From assembly GCF_006345805.1 (NCBI RefSeq), contig NC_043000.1, positions 79,856,001 through 79,920,000 on the forward strand: a stretch of DNA of 64,000 bases, read 5' to 3'. Below, piece after piece: positions 40,712 through 54,450 of the stretch. The position numbers and the translations under genes are program-made. This DNA is from Octopus sinensis (Eukaryota). Numbering within the stretch: the stretch's first letter is position 1; every line of letters starts with the position of its first letter. Under the pieces are notes generated by a model. That model saw only the letters and a list, made by a program, of their open reading frames with translations. It did not search any database and was not told the DNA's origin.

Positions 40712-43700
40712 GTATAAAAGACAAAATAAAGTGAGAAAACAACAGAAAACTTGTGTTATATGGTTAAAGAATATACTTAAATTGTTATGTTAGAAAAATG
40801 CTATAAAATTTTGTGTATAGTATCATTGAATTAAATTTTGTGTATAGTATGAGAGTTCCAGACAGGGGAACATAATCAGGGATTTTTTTTGGTATAAGGG
40901 AGATAATCAAAATGTCCAGTTTCATATATCCTTTTCAAATTTCTCAAATTTCTTTACTGATATTGTGTTATCTCTTCACTATGATGTGAAGTATGAGAGT
41001 TCCAGACAGGGGAACATAATCAGGGATTTTTTGGTATAAGGAAGATAATCAAAAATGTCTTTTCAAATTTCTCAAATTTCTTTACCAATATTGTGCCATC
41101 TCTTCACTATGATGTGAAGTATGACAGTTCCAGACAGGGGAACGTAATCAGGGATTTGTTCGGTGTAAGGGAGATAATAAAAAATGTTAGGAATGATTAG
41201 GTTTTATTAATTCAACATGATTGGTTTAGAAAGAATAGAATGTTAGAAGTGATTAAGTTTTGCTTTATATTTTTTTCAATGAGATAATTTTCCTTATTTA
41301 AAAATGTTTGGAATGGTTAATTTTTAGCTTATATTTTTCAATGAAGTAGGTTTCCTTATTTAATCTAACTTGTGTTGGTGTTCCAATGGCACATTGATAA
41401 AATGGAAAGATTACAAATTGTGGTAGCAGTTGCTTTGCGCATTTCTCAATGTGTTCACTAAAGGGTATCATTCTGTATTCTGGGAATGCAATCTGCATCT
41501 GAGCAATGATCCTGTGAACCCTATGTAGTTTTAGTGGTAGCTCAAGCATCTTATAACATAAATCAGATTTCCTGAGACACAAGTAAAGTCAGATTTGATA
41601 TTGAATTTTTGTCTCTCTTTGAAAAGGAATTCTGATCTTTCTAGATGGTTTGGGTATGTTACACAATTTGGTCGACCACATTTTTTCACTTCAGCATCCA
41701 TTATTTTAGAAAATAATTTTATCTTTGTGAGGATGTATTTTAGTGATTTTGGTTATTTGTGGCTTTTAATGATCTTATGTGTGTGTAAAATTTCCTTTAA
41801 TTTGGGATCCTTATGTGAAGACTTCTTTGTTTCTGGGGTTGTATGTGGATATGTGCGGCTGTATTTTCAGGGAAGGTGTGTTACTGTGTTGAATTTTTCC
41901 TAAGGTTTTTATGTTGATTTGTGTTGCACGTCTGATTCCACTCTCTATGAGTTGAACTGGGTAGTGTCTGTCAATCAAGGTGTTTTTGAGTTCTTGCAGT
42001 TTAAAGTCTATGGTATCTTTTTCTGACACTATTGTGCATATCATTCTTGCAAGGTTGAAGGGGATGTTTGTTTTGGTGTGTCTTGGGTTGCATGAATTAA
42101 ATAGTAGATATTGTTTGGTGTCTGTGGTTTTGTAAAATATATCTTTCTATTTTCAGGTTTATTTTTTTCATTAGTATATGCAAGAATGGGCACTCCTTTT
42201 GGTTGTATGCCATTGTCAACTGTGTGTTTGGGTTGACGCTATTCAATAGTCTTTTGAATTTCAGGAGTTTGTCTGTGTTTTCATTCCAGAGAATGAAACA
42301 GTTATCTGGGAATCTTTTCCAATTTTCTTTTATGTGTTGGGAAAGAGGGTTTCCAAAGGTAGATAAAGATTCCTGGTATATTATTATTTTCAGATAGCCC
42401 ATTGTTAGGTTTGCAATGACCGGGGCTGCCCTAGTGCCCATGGCAATTCCAGATTTTTGTTGTTAAAACATGTTGTCAAACATGAAGTGGTTGTTTCGTA
42501 GGGTGAATTCAACCGGTTCAATTTTGAATTCTTTACTGATCCTTTCCGGTATTTCTTCTGGATATTGGTCCAGCCAGATTTGAAATGCCTCTCACCCATA
42601 ATTGACTTTTTTTGGGAGGTGATTTAACATGTCCAAGTCATCTCTGATATAGCTATTTAAGGAAGGGTTTCAGGAGTATGTCCATAACTAGACTTAGTCT
42701 GTGTGTTTCACAGGTTGGGCTAGCTATAATGGGTTGTAATTTTAGGTACCCTGTGTTTGGTGTATGTATGTACGTCTTTGGTGACTTTTTTATGGTTTCA
42801 TTTATAATCTGGCTTTTGTGGATTTTTGGTAGACCGTAGAAAAGGCCAGGTTTGCATTTAAAGTTTGTTAAATAGTCAATTTCTTTGGTTGTCAGTTCTT
42901 TTCCATGGATTTTAATTAGTGAGGACAGGGTTCTCATTATTTTTTGTGGGGTGTAGTTTGTGATTTTTTCCTAATGTTGATTGTCATTCAGCACAGAGAT
43001 TACTAGATTTCTATAGTATAATGTGTCCATTACTACCACTGCACTTCCTTTATCTACTTCCTTAATCGTTATATCTTCCTTATTTTGAAGTTCTGTTAGT
43101 TCCTTCCATTGTGAAGTGCTAAAGTTTGAGTTAACTGTATATTTATGCATGGTGTGGTAGGGTAAGTTCTTAATGTGGTTGCAGAATTCATCAAGATTTT
43201 AATTTCTTCCTTTGTGAGGGATGTGTTCCCTTTTGTTTTTGACAAGTGAGTCATCTTCAGTATTGTAATCAGTTAATGTTTCAGTGAGTCTTAATTTTCT
43301 ACAGAATTCTATTATACTGTCCTTCACTTCATTTTGCTTGGTGCTACGTGGTGTTGAGGTGAATATTAACCCTTTTGAAAGGATGTCTATCTTTGTGCTT
43401 AAAAGAAGTTTAGTTGAGAGGTTAATTATCTTTGGTTTTTCCTGATCACCAGGTTCCAACCTGTGTCATGGTGTCTCTGGTCTGGGGCTAAAAAATGTTG
43501 GTTGCAGTTTTGTTTGCATGAGCTGTCTGTGAGGTTGTATGGGACTGGTGGTATTGTTGCTTCAGATTGTTATGAGTGTGTGGGTGTCTATGGGTGTTTT
43601 GGTTAGGGATGTGTGTAACATTTCTGTATGTAGTATATTTTTGTTTGGAATTTCTTGTATGCAGGGTGTTTCTTGACCTAGTGTAATTTTGTGCTGTTCT

Positions 43701-45010
43701 TGTGTTTGGTGGGGACCAGTAATTTTGGGTCATGGGGTAGTAGTGCCAGGTGTGCTTCTTATCCTAGTGTTGTTTTGTGTTGCTATGGGGTGGTTATTCT
43801 TGGTATTGGGATGTTGTTGGTGTGTTCTGTTCATGGTATATGGGTGATCTTTAGATTTGGTATAATCAATTTCATAAATGTGTTGGCTGTCAGCTTGTTT
43901 GCTGTTTAGTTTTGGGTGGTTAAAAATGGTGGTGGTTAGTGATTTCTATTTATGGTGTATGGAGGATAATGAGGAGGGTTGTTGTTGATTAAGTGGTTAA
44001 AATTGGGGGATATTTGTGTGTTGTTCAGTTTTTGTTTGTTATTTATATTTTTTTTTCTTTAGCAAAGGATTATCTGCACTGAATTCTTTTTAAAGGTTGA
44101 TTCATATCTTTGGAAGAAATCACTGCTTTTTTCCCAGCATAGGAGAGAATTTCTTTCTTTCTTTTCACAGACCTCCTTCCAAAGATTTGTGGTGTTTTTG
44201 AGGGGTTGTCACTCGGTTTGTTTATTTCCCTATGCATCTCCTCGTCGATGTTTTTATATTTTTCTTTGTTATTAGAGGTTCTCACTCTTAGTAGTTTGAT
44301 CTCTGATTTTAGATGGAAGAGTGCTAACCTTTCCGTAACAGCCCTCTTTCTGTCAGGTTCATTTGGTATTTGGAATTTGTGTATGAGAATAATTGGTGTT
44401 GAGTTCATCCATCCTTCTGCACCGAGAGCAGATTGCATTCCCAGAATACAGAATGATACCCTTTAGTGAACACATTGAGAAATGTGTAAAGCAACTGCTA
44501 CCACAATTTGTAATCTTTCCATTTTATCAATGTGCCATTAGAACACCAACACAAGTTAGATTAAATAAGGAAACCTACTTCATTGAAAAATATAAGCTAA
44601 AAATTAACCATTCCAAGCATTTTTAAATAAGGAAAATTATCTCATTGAAAAAAATATAAAGCAAAACTTAATCACTTCTAACATTCTATTCTTTCTAAAC
44701 CAAATCATGTTGAATTAATAAAACCTAGTCATTCCCAACATTTTTTATTATCTCCCTTATACCAAAAAATCCCTGATTACGTTCCCCTGTCTGGAACTGT
44801 CATACTTCACATCACAGTGAAGAGATAACACCATATTGGTAAAGAAATTTCAGAAATTTGAAAAGAAAATACGAAACCAGTTATTTCTCCAAAAATAATG
44901 TTACTATACACAAAATTTTATAACATTTTTCTGACATAATGAATTAAATATATTCTTTATCCATATATCACAAGTCTTCTATAGTTTTTTCACTCTATTT
45001 TGCCTTATAT
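40712..45010 (-). mobile_element. Decayed Penelope-like element with inverted terminal (pseudo-LTR) repeats
   Basis: IINLS...LSKGLIF, EVDKGSAVVVMD (~43030-43060), FYGLPKIHK, MGTRAAPVIANLTMG and KRF(P)D(N)CF. 44428-45010 is an inverted copy of 40712-41496; three tandem ~130-bp units at 40850-41190. Confidence 0.92.
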
Positions 45011-45014
45011 ATAT

Positions 45015-45180
45015 ATACATTGTTCAAATTTATAGAAAAACAAAGATGAAGATGGGTGTAAGAACAACAAGCAAGTGTAATAGTTTGATGCTTGGGAAAA
45101 ATGGATAAATATTTTACGTTTTGAGTCTACACTCTTCAACAGAAAGGAATAAGAGGAAATAGAGAGAGAATGAAAGAAAT
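45015..45180 (-). mobile_element. Solo PLE terminal fragment with hammerhead-like motif
   Basis: Minus 45148-45111 reads tttCTGTTGAa-GAGT-gtag-ACTC-(A)AAA-cGTA-aaa; layout matches 15235-15345. Confidence 0.65.
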
Positions 45181-45229
45181 GTATATATATATAAATATAT
45201 ATATATTCTTACTACACTTGTTGGTACTA

Positions 45230-46110
45230 TTTAAGATGAAGAGTTTGACTTAACCACTCTAACCCAACTTTCCATCAAGTCATCAAATATATCGCTCATT
45301 TTTTATATCTCAGTGTGAGTCATAAAAAAGATATCTTCTACTGAGTTGTAAAGATATTAATATCAATATATTAGTGTCTTTCAAGAGTAGCATTTTGGAT
45401 AGAGATCAGGTGTATCCTACTGATCTATATTCAGATTTGCTGTATGTTTTCTTTATATTCATGGACCACTAAATTAGAGTCACACAGTAGTCCATTTAAC
45501 TATTTTGGTGGAATTTCAAATTCTGAGATTAATGAGGTCGAGTATTAGTTTTATAAATTTAGCCCAATTCAATTTTAGAGGCATTGATTAGTCTTTGTTG
45601 AGTAAGAAGTCTCACTTGTGGTTCTTAAATGAGATGTATGATGCTCATGTAGCAAGCTGCTGCAAGCAGTCTTTCACATTTGGCTGTGTGGATTGTACAA
45701 ACTTAATACTAAACTACAATGTATTACTTCCTGATGCAAAAGTTTAATGAAGGTAGGGTTAAGAACAAACATTTCATTCCCTTCCTCTTGCATTTCCTAT
45801 CTTGTATAACAAATTTTGAAAGAAGATTTTTTTAGAATTTTCCTTATCATCATTCCATTGAGAAGAAATATCATGCACATGGGTGTTCCCAGTAGTTAAG
45901 ATGCCTGGTATTGTTTATTCTTTAGAGCTCTTTTTGCAGTCTCTCTTGTTGGTAGGCATTCTCTCTAATGGCACTGATGAGAGGCCATGGTTGAGAACAG
46001 CAGTCATACCTAGTCAAAGCGAAGGATTTTCTCATTGTCAATATCACTGTTAATTTCTTATAGCAAATGTTTCTAGTACACAACCACCAAGCACTCAATA
46101 TATTATCATC
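45230..46110. mobile_element. Very decayed PLE-like remnant
   Basis: Minus-strand RLINASKIELG-like remnant (~45560-45595); plus-strand CTGATGAgaggccatggttgagaacagcagtc (45974-46005) resembles a decayed PLE hammerhead. Confidence 0.35.
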
Positions 46111-46519
46111 AATCTGTGAATATGTTTATAAAAACATCTGTAGACATAGCTATGATCAAGTCATGAATTTATTCAGTTTTCAATTGTTTCCCTGTTATAT
46201 AATGAGACAATTTTATATACACACATAGTTAGATATTTATCAACATACAGTTGCATATTTACATGCTAATCTATAAGTATATACACATATGCAGATGCAC
46301 ATATACATAGTCATACATAATAAATGTATTAACATACTTTATATAGATGTACTTTCTTATAAATACTTATAAATATACAGCTATTTTACACACATAGATA
46401 CACACAAGCCTACATTTATATGCATACATTCACACATGCATACTCATATACATGCATACACACATACATACATACATACATACATACATACATACATACA
46501 TACATACATACATACATAC

Positions 46520-47450
46520 ATAAGCAGTTGTCTGAAATTGTTACCACAGTATTATCTACTAATGAGACATAATGTTGTAGCTAGGACACTCTATAATGAA
46601 ATCCATCAACAGGATAAGCTTGAGGACAAAGAAATAAGAACCCACGGTATGGTAGAAGCCATAGCCACTCATATTAAAAAGGAGTACTTGTGGAATGTCC
46701 CAGTGAAGACCTCAATAAAATGTAAGCACAACAGACCTGATATAAGGATTTGGGATAGAGAAGAGAAACAGTGCACAGTTGTGGAAATTAGCTATCCAGC
46801 AGATGTTAGCATAAAGCTGAGAATCAGTGAAAATAAGAATACCTACACTGAACTATTGAGAAATCTGCAGTTACTCTATCCAGATTACAAGTTTTGGTTT
46901 ATACCTGTAATTATTGGGGTCCTAGGATATGTTACACACTGCCAAAATACCAATCATGAGAAATTAGGCTTCTCAAAAACAGAAAGGAGAAAGCTAATTC
47001 GAAGACTGCAGATCCAATCCCTCACTGGAGCTGTAAGAATCTGTAAAACTTTCCGGAAGTTTATCATTTAAATATGTATGAGGATGCCTAGATATGCAAG
47101 TATATGCATGAGAAGACATACATAAAACAAAACATACAAATCTGCACATATACATACATACATACATACATACATACATACATACATACATACATACATA
47201 CATACATACATACATACATACACATATACATGCATGCATACATACATACATACATACATACATACATACATACATACATACATACATACATACATACATA
47301 CATACATACACATGTACATATATACATACACTGTTGTTGATGCTGAAATTCCAATGAAGGAGCCTTGGATCCAAATTAGAAACCTCTTTCTCTATTGGCA
47401 AGAAATCTTGAAACAAAACTGAACAATGACATACATACATGCATACATAC
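46520..47450 (+). mobile_element. 5'-truncated RLE-type non-LTR element in (CATA)n with its 3' UTR
   Basis: RHNVVAR, YLWNVPVKTSIKCKHNRPDIRIWD..VVEISYPAD and IPVIIGVLG; stop at 47071. Confidence 0.92.
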
Positions 47451-47959
47451 ATATACATCAGAAGTTTATCATGGAATAAGTGCATATGTGCATTTGTAGA
47501 TGTCCAAACATATGTATGTGTACATATACATAACATAGACATACAGCTCCACACTTGCAACAATGTGTCTGCTTGCGTAATGCTTATGTGAACACAAACA
47601 CTTGCACAAGTGTGTATGTGAACACAAGCATATAAACATATATATATACACATGTACTTGTTTTTTTTCTGTTTAGCTGCATGCATATGTGCATATGTAC
47701 CTACCTACAAACCAGCATACCTATCTATCTACACACATATATGTATGCATGCATACATACATACATACATACATACATACATACATACATACATACATAC
47801 ATACATACATGCATACTTACATACATACTTATATACATACACATATATATGTCTGTGTGTGTATGTGTTCGTGTGTGTTCATGTGTGTGCATGTATGTAT
47901 GTATGTATGTATATATGTATGTACATATTTATGTATATACATTTATACATTTGCCCTCA

Positions 47960-50120
47960 TATGGTAGTGTCGGCTATAGCCTAGTCACCCATATAGTTAA
48001 TCAGGTGATACACAAAGGAGTCATACCCAATGACTGGTGTAGCAGCATAATAGTCAACTGCTACAAAGGTAAAGGTGACGCCCTAGATACAAATAATTAC
48101 AGAGGTATCAAGCTGTTGGATCAGGTGATGAAGGTTACGGAGAGGGTCATAGCCCAACTAATTAGAGAGAGAGTTAGTTTAGATGAGATGCAGTTTGGGT
48201 TTGTGCCAGGGAAAAGTACTACTGATGCTATATTCCTGGTAAGGCAGCTGCAGGAGAAATACCTAGCCAAAGATAAGCCCCTGTACATGGCTTTTGTTGA
48301 CATGGAGAAAGCCTTCGACAGGGTCCCCCGATCCCTTATCTGGTGGGCAATGAGGAAACTAGGGATAGATGAATGGTTAGTGAGAGCTGTGCGGGCCATG
48401 TATAGGGACGCTGCTAGTAGGGTGAGGGTTGGAAACGAGTACAGTGAAGAATTCCGGGTAGAGGTAGGGGTCCACCAAGGCTCAGTACTCAGCCCCCTCC
48501 TATTTATCATAGTCCTCCAGGCAATAACGAAGGAATTCAAGACAGGATGCCCTTGGGAGCTCCTCTATGCTGATGACCTTGCTCTAATTGCTGAGTCGCT
48601 ATCAGAACTGGAGGAGAAGTTTCAGGTGTGGAAACAAGGATTAGAATCGAAGGGCCTCAGAGTCAATCTAGCTAAAACCAAAGTCGTAATCAGTAGGAAG
48701 GTAGACAAATCACAACACCTTCAGGTAGATGGCCCTGCTCGATCTGTAGAAAAGGTGTAGGTAGAAACTCTATAAGATGCACCAAGTGTAAGCTATGGAC
48801 ACATAAGAGGTGCAGCAATGTCAAAGGAAGGCTAACTAGGAAGATGGTTTTTGTATGTGGCAGATGCTCAGGAACAATAAACACTGAAAATGCTCTGAGA
48901 CCAACTTCCGTCACTTTCCAGGGAGAAAAACTAGAAATAGTTGATAGTTTCCGTTACCTAGGTGACCAAATCAGCAGCGGGGGCGGGTGTGCTGAAAGTG
49001 TAACTGCTAGAGTAAGAATAGCTTGGGCAAAGTTCAGAGAGCTCTTACCCCTGCTGGTGACAAAAGGCCTCTCGCACAGAGTGAAAGGCAGACTGTATGA
49101 TGCGTGTGTACGAACAGCCATGCTACATGGCAGTGAAACATGGGCTGTGACTGCTGAGGATATGCGTAAGCTCGCAAGAAATGAAGCCAGTATGCTCCGA
49201 TGGATGTGTAATGTCAGTGTTCATAATCGACAGAGTGTAAGTACCTTGAGAGAAAAGCTGGACCTAAGAAGCATCAGTTGTGGTGTGCAAGAGAGATGAT
49301 TGCACTGGTATGGTCATGTGGCGAGAATGGATGAAGATAGTTGTGTGAAAAAGTGCCACACCCTAGCGGTTGAGGGAACCTGTGGAAGAGGCAGACCCAG
49401 GAAAACCTGGGACGAGGTGGTGAAGCACGACCTTCGAACTTTAGGTCTCACTGAGGAAATGACTAGAGACCGAGTCCTCTGGAAGTGTGCTGTGCGCGAG
49501 AAGACCCGGCAGGACAAGTGAGTCCATAACCCGTGGCCTTCTACTTGGGATGGAGCCAGCCTACGTATGCATACCTTCCCTTCTTGGGACACAAAACTCT
49601 ACTTGTGAAGACCTGTTGAGGCAAGTGAGGATCAGAATCGAAATCGCTCAAATGGAAATTGCAGATGTGTTACCAGTGCCGGTGGCATGTCAATACTCTA
49701 CTTGTGAAGACCCGTTGAGGCAAGTGAGGATCAGAAATGGAAATCGATCAATGGAAATTGCAGATGTGTTACCAGTGCCGGTGGCATGTAAGAGAACCTT
49801 CCGTTTCGCGACCGTTGCCAGCACCGCCCCGTTTCGTGTCCATTGCCAGCCTCGCCTGGCCATTGTGCCGGTGGCACATAAAAAGCACCATCCGTTCGTG
49901 GCCGTTTGCCAGCTCTGTCTGGCACCTGTGCGGGTGGCACGTAAAAAGCACCCACTACACTCACGGAGTGGTTGGCGTTAGGAAGGGCATCCAGCCGTAG
50001 AAACACTGCCAGATTTGACTGGGCCTGATGAAGCCTTCTGGCTTCACAGACCCCAGTAGAACCGTCCAACCCATGCTAGCATGAAAAACGGACGCTAAAC
50101 GATGATGATGATGATGATGA
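47960..50120 (+). mobile_element. 5'-truncated RTE-clade LINE (RT, internal PHD-type finger, repeat-rich 3' UTR, (GAT)n tail)
   Basis: NYRGIKLL, QFGFVPG, FVDMEKAFDRVP, VHQGSVLSP, LYADD, FRYLG, HGSETW, WYGHVAR and GRGRPRKTW; one frameshift near 48710 and one stop at about 49297. Confidence 0.96.
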
Positions 50121-50239
50121 TACATGTGTACATTTATTGTACATTTATGAACCCACAAAATATATTTGATCACTGTATATATAGATATTTTTACCCCACC
50201 ACATACACATATGCAAATGTATATACATATATGTGTGTA

Positions 50240-50289
<50 letters not shown>

Positions 50290-50789
50290 TATATGTATGT
50301 ATGAATGTATGTATGTATCTATATATATGTATTTATGTATATATATTTCAACAAGCATGAGGATGTTTACATGCCGGTAAATGTATCCATGTGCATGCAT
50401 ACACACATGTACATATTCTTAATGATGATGATGATGACGATGATGAGGATGATGATGATCATCATCATCATGATCATGATCATGATCATCATCATCATCA
50501 TAGCTTTTTCCATTCAGCCATGAAGTGAATAAAAAACCACCCATTTCTCTGATCCCGATCACTGAATTGTGACAAACCACCCCCTTCTCCTTTTCCTTCC
50601 TTTAAAATGGAGGATGAAATTCCTAAAAAAAACAATTACAAACATTTCTCTCTGATTATAGCAGTAATTAAAATAATTGATTGATGAAATTGAAATGAAG
50701 CAATGTATGTTCTGCTCTGTAACTGCCTGGCAAACATCACTTCATTTCCCTTAGAACTTAATAATAATTGATAGACTGGCATATGTAGC

Positions 50790-50968
50790 CACAGATAGTT
50801 TCATAGATAGACAGAAACAGGTAATTCTATTAAATAGATAGACAGATATGTGGATATACAGACAGATAGACAAACAGACAAATAGAGAGACTGACAGATA
50901 GATAAACAGACAGACAGATAGGCAGACAGGCAGAATGATAGAGATATATATAGATAGATAGATAGATT

Positions 50969-51059
<91 letters not shown>

Positions 51060-51400
51060 GAACAGACAGACAAACAGATAAAAGTAGATATACTTCAGTT
51101 GATATACTATCTAGATAGTTAGTCAGACAGGCAGATTAATAGATATATAAATTAATAAATAGATAGTTTCAGAGATATATAAACAAATTGGTAAGTAGGT
51201 GGGTATGTGAGTAGATAAATAAACATGGATACAGGCAGATAGGTAGACTAATATATGTAGATAGACAGATAGATAAAGGATACAGACAGAGCAATTTACA
51301 GATAAATAGATAAATGGATAGATATTAAGTAGATTCATAAAGATGTAAACAGAGTGACCAACAGATATATAGACAAACAGATAAATAGATAAAAACGTAT
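50790..51400. repeat. (GATA)n/(GACA)n tract
   Basis: Directly visible. Confidence 0.95.
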
Positions 51401-51809
51401 TGATCACGATCAGTTCATTTAACTAACAATATGCTCTTGCAAAATTTGTAGTTTATCTTGAAGTTAGAATTCTAAGTGATGAATGAGGAGTAGAGCGTCA
51501 AAAATTGTAGAGAACTAAACTGTATATCTGATTAATATGAAATTCCAGTTACAGACAATTACTAGTTTCCTTGGATTATCTGTTTCATTTTGATATTCAG
51601 GTGAGAGTTGAGAACAAGAAGGATATCTGGCCATAGAAAATCTGCCTCAACAATTTCCATGTGATCCATGCAAGCATGGAAAAGTGGATGTTAAATTATG
51701 TATGTATGTATGTATGTATGTATGTATGTATGTATGTATGTATGTATGTATGTATGTATGTATGTATGTATGTACACATATATGTGTGTATTCATGTCAG
51801 TATCAATAT

Positions 51810-52650
51810 GTACACTTGAAAGAGCTTTAGAATGAAATAACTATGGATATAACATTTATAATATACATACCAATATAAAACACTGCTAGTTGTAATATTT
51901 TGTCTTTGTGAAACTTCTCTCAAGACAATTTCACTGTTAAAACAAAGCTCACTCAGAATAACATCAATAGATGGTCAGACAATAGCATTTTAGCTCGACC
52001 TAACCTCTTCAGCGGCAAACATCTCCAGTCATTCTGAGCTAAGTTGGAAATTTTGTTCCAGTATTAGAAATCAGTTTAAAAAACATTTACAGATTTCTGG
52101 AAAAACTGGCCAGGCTTGAGTTAAATAGATAGATGCACTTGAAACAGCATGAAATTAAAATAATGGTATGTATAACATGTATAAAGTAAATAAAAATGTA
52201 GACCAGCTCTAACTGCAACACCTTGTTCTGGAGAAAGTTCTTGTAGCAGACTTTGTGTACAAAAATCTCGACAAAACTCACTCAAAGTGATGTTAGTGGA
52301 TCTTCGGATACCAGTGTTTTGGCATGATTTAGTCTCCTCAGTATTGAAAAGCCCCATTCACAAGTGGGAACATTTGTTCAGCAAAGTATTTGCTAATTTG
52401 TGTGGAAGCTGATGAGGTTTGAATTAGATCCATATAAACACTTGAAATAACAGATTAAATTAATAATGTGTATAACATTTACAATGTATATGCAAGCACA
52501 GGATGTCACTAACTGTAATATTTTGTCTCACAGAAACTTCTCTTAGGAGAATACATGTGTTAAAAACATAGAGCTCTACATTTGCATATACATTATACAT
52601 GTATATAATCAATATTTTAATTGAATGCTGTTTCAAGTGCTTTGAAACAC
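51810..52650. repeat. Decayed tandem units of about 310 bp with hammerhead remnants and a terminal inverted partial unit
   Basis: Units begin acacttgaaa at about 51812, 52135 and 52438; minus-strand CTGAAGA...AAAA (51985-52012) and CTGAGGA...AAAA (52315-52342); inverted unit start at 52581-52642. Confidence 0.55.
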
Positions 52651-54450
52651 TGATGTAATTGATTTAACTTCAACCTGGCCATTTCCACACAAATGAACAA
52701 ATGTTTTGTTTACTGTTTTCTACATTGGTATGTTTATCCTGGAGGAGGAATTGGCTGAGGCAGTTTGTATACAGTTTGTACATAATGTTTAGGCAATCAG
52801 TAGGCCTATACTGAAGGCCTATAATTTTATGCCAAATAGTTGCATTCTTGGCCAAAAACTTCGTCTGTATTATAGTAAGTCAATTTAGTATGTCAAGTTA
52901 TTACTCTGCAAAATGAGATACCCCTAGTACCTATAGTCAGTTGCAGAGATTCAATATGCTACCTACTGAGTCATTTCCTAGTTAATACTACTTTGCCTTT
53001 CATGAGAAGTATTCCTTCATTTGTGAAAAATTTAGTACACTTCATAAACAAGTGGAAGATATTCCAGTTATATACTGCCAAATGCTCAGTCTTGATGTGG
53101 TAAATTTATTTATAATAGTTTCAGTAGATGGGCCATTGTCAGTTGTCATAAACAGACTAGACTAGGAAAACACCCAAGTTTCCATAAACAGACAAAACTA
53201 GCAATTGATATTAGATATCTAGATTATGCTTAGAGTTGGCTAACTTTCAGCTAAATCACAATTAAAATCTAACCACATCTAGTAGGGATGGCTGTGGGTT
53301 TACCATTAGATAGCATTGACAGAATACTTTGAAGATTTAACTCTGAAATATGGAGCTTGGTTAAGAGGTGTTGATGAAACTTTTGTGCATTAGCAACATA
53401 ATATGGATGTCTTGAGGAAATGCTGTTGTACATCAGTACAGTTCCACTTTTTCAAAGAAGGAGAGCAGTAACCAACTACTTTTCCTTGATGATGGCAATA
53501 CTGATAATGACGATGAAAGTAATGAAATGATAGCTGTGAAGAAAATAATGAAGACAGTAACAATGAATATATTGGTTAGGAGGAGACTGAGAATGATGAT
53601 GATGATGATGATGATGCCGACGCTGACGGTGATGGCGATGATGATGAATCAATTAGAACTCTTAAACATTAGAATGCAAAATGTTTGAGATTCATTAACC
53701 AATCTCATTAGGGTTTCATTTAATGTTAGTTGGAGACTGCTAACCAATTAGTGCCATCCAGTTACCTTAACAACTTACTGGCATTAACAGACTTAACGAA
53801 GTTATGTTTATTACCAGTTTTCATGCTTGCTCTATTTCCATGGTGATATATGTGAAATGGTGATGTATATTGGAAAGTGCATATGAAATCTGTGGTTGAC
53901 ATTATTGTGGTTGCATCCATGTTCAGTCTTGATTAACTATTCAGACCTGTATTAAGTAAGTGTTGAACAACCAAGTGTAAGGCATCTTGTTTTTCAGACA
54001 GGTGGGAATCATAAAAACTTAAGTAGCCATAACAGTATTGGTCAGTAGGATGAAGTGTTGGCAGTTGGTTGTGTATCCTTGGGTGAAGATAGTACTGCCA
54101 ACAACCCAGTCTACCAAGCGAAATGTGGGTACTATAAGGTAATACAGTTTATTATACTATATCCACAGCCTGTTATGTTACAATCCACCTAATTATAAAT
54201 AGATGCTACTCAATGATATAGTCCAGTGCATTGCATTCATTAAGTAAACTAACTATCAACAGTCCACTGCAGCTTTCTGCAATCTCTCATGCTCTAAGTA
54301 TCACCATAGTATAATCTACTTCAATGTTGTGTTTATGGCCCAGAAACTTAATTGTCAAATAGTCCAGTTCACTAAGCTGTAGGTTGGTGCCTCAGCATGA
54401 TATAGTTCTCTTTATGATCAAGACATTTCGCATTTAATAGCTCTGTAAAG
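52650..54450 (-). mobile_element. Very decayed PLE-like coding remnant
   Basis: Adjacent to the hammerhead repeats; faint RT-like remnants (MTTDNGPS ~53130, YNKLY and PIL ~54040-54150). Confidence 0.35.

Noticed and set aside
40850-41190. CRISPR-like repeat array
   Set aside because: Eukaryotic context; the units are whole ~130-bp tandem repeats without unique spacers and lie inside a PLE terminus.
41298-41582. Duplicated small gene (ORFs 41298-41582 and 44393-44626)
   Set aside because: Both are frameshifted readings of the PLE 3' end and its inverted terminal copy.
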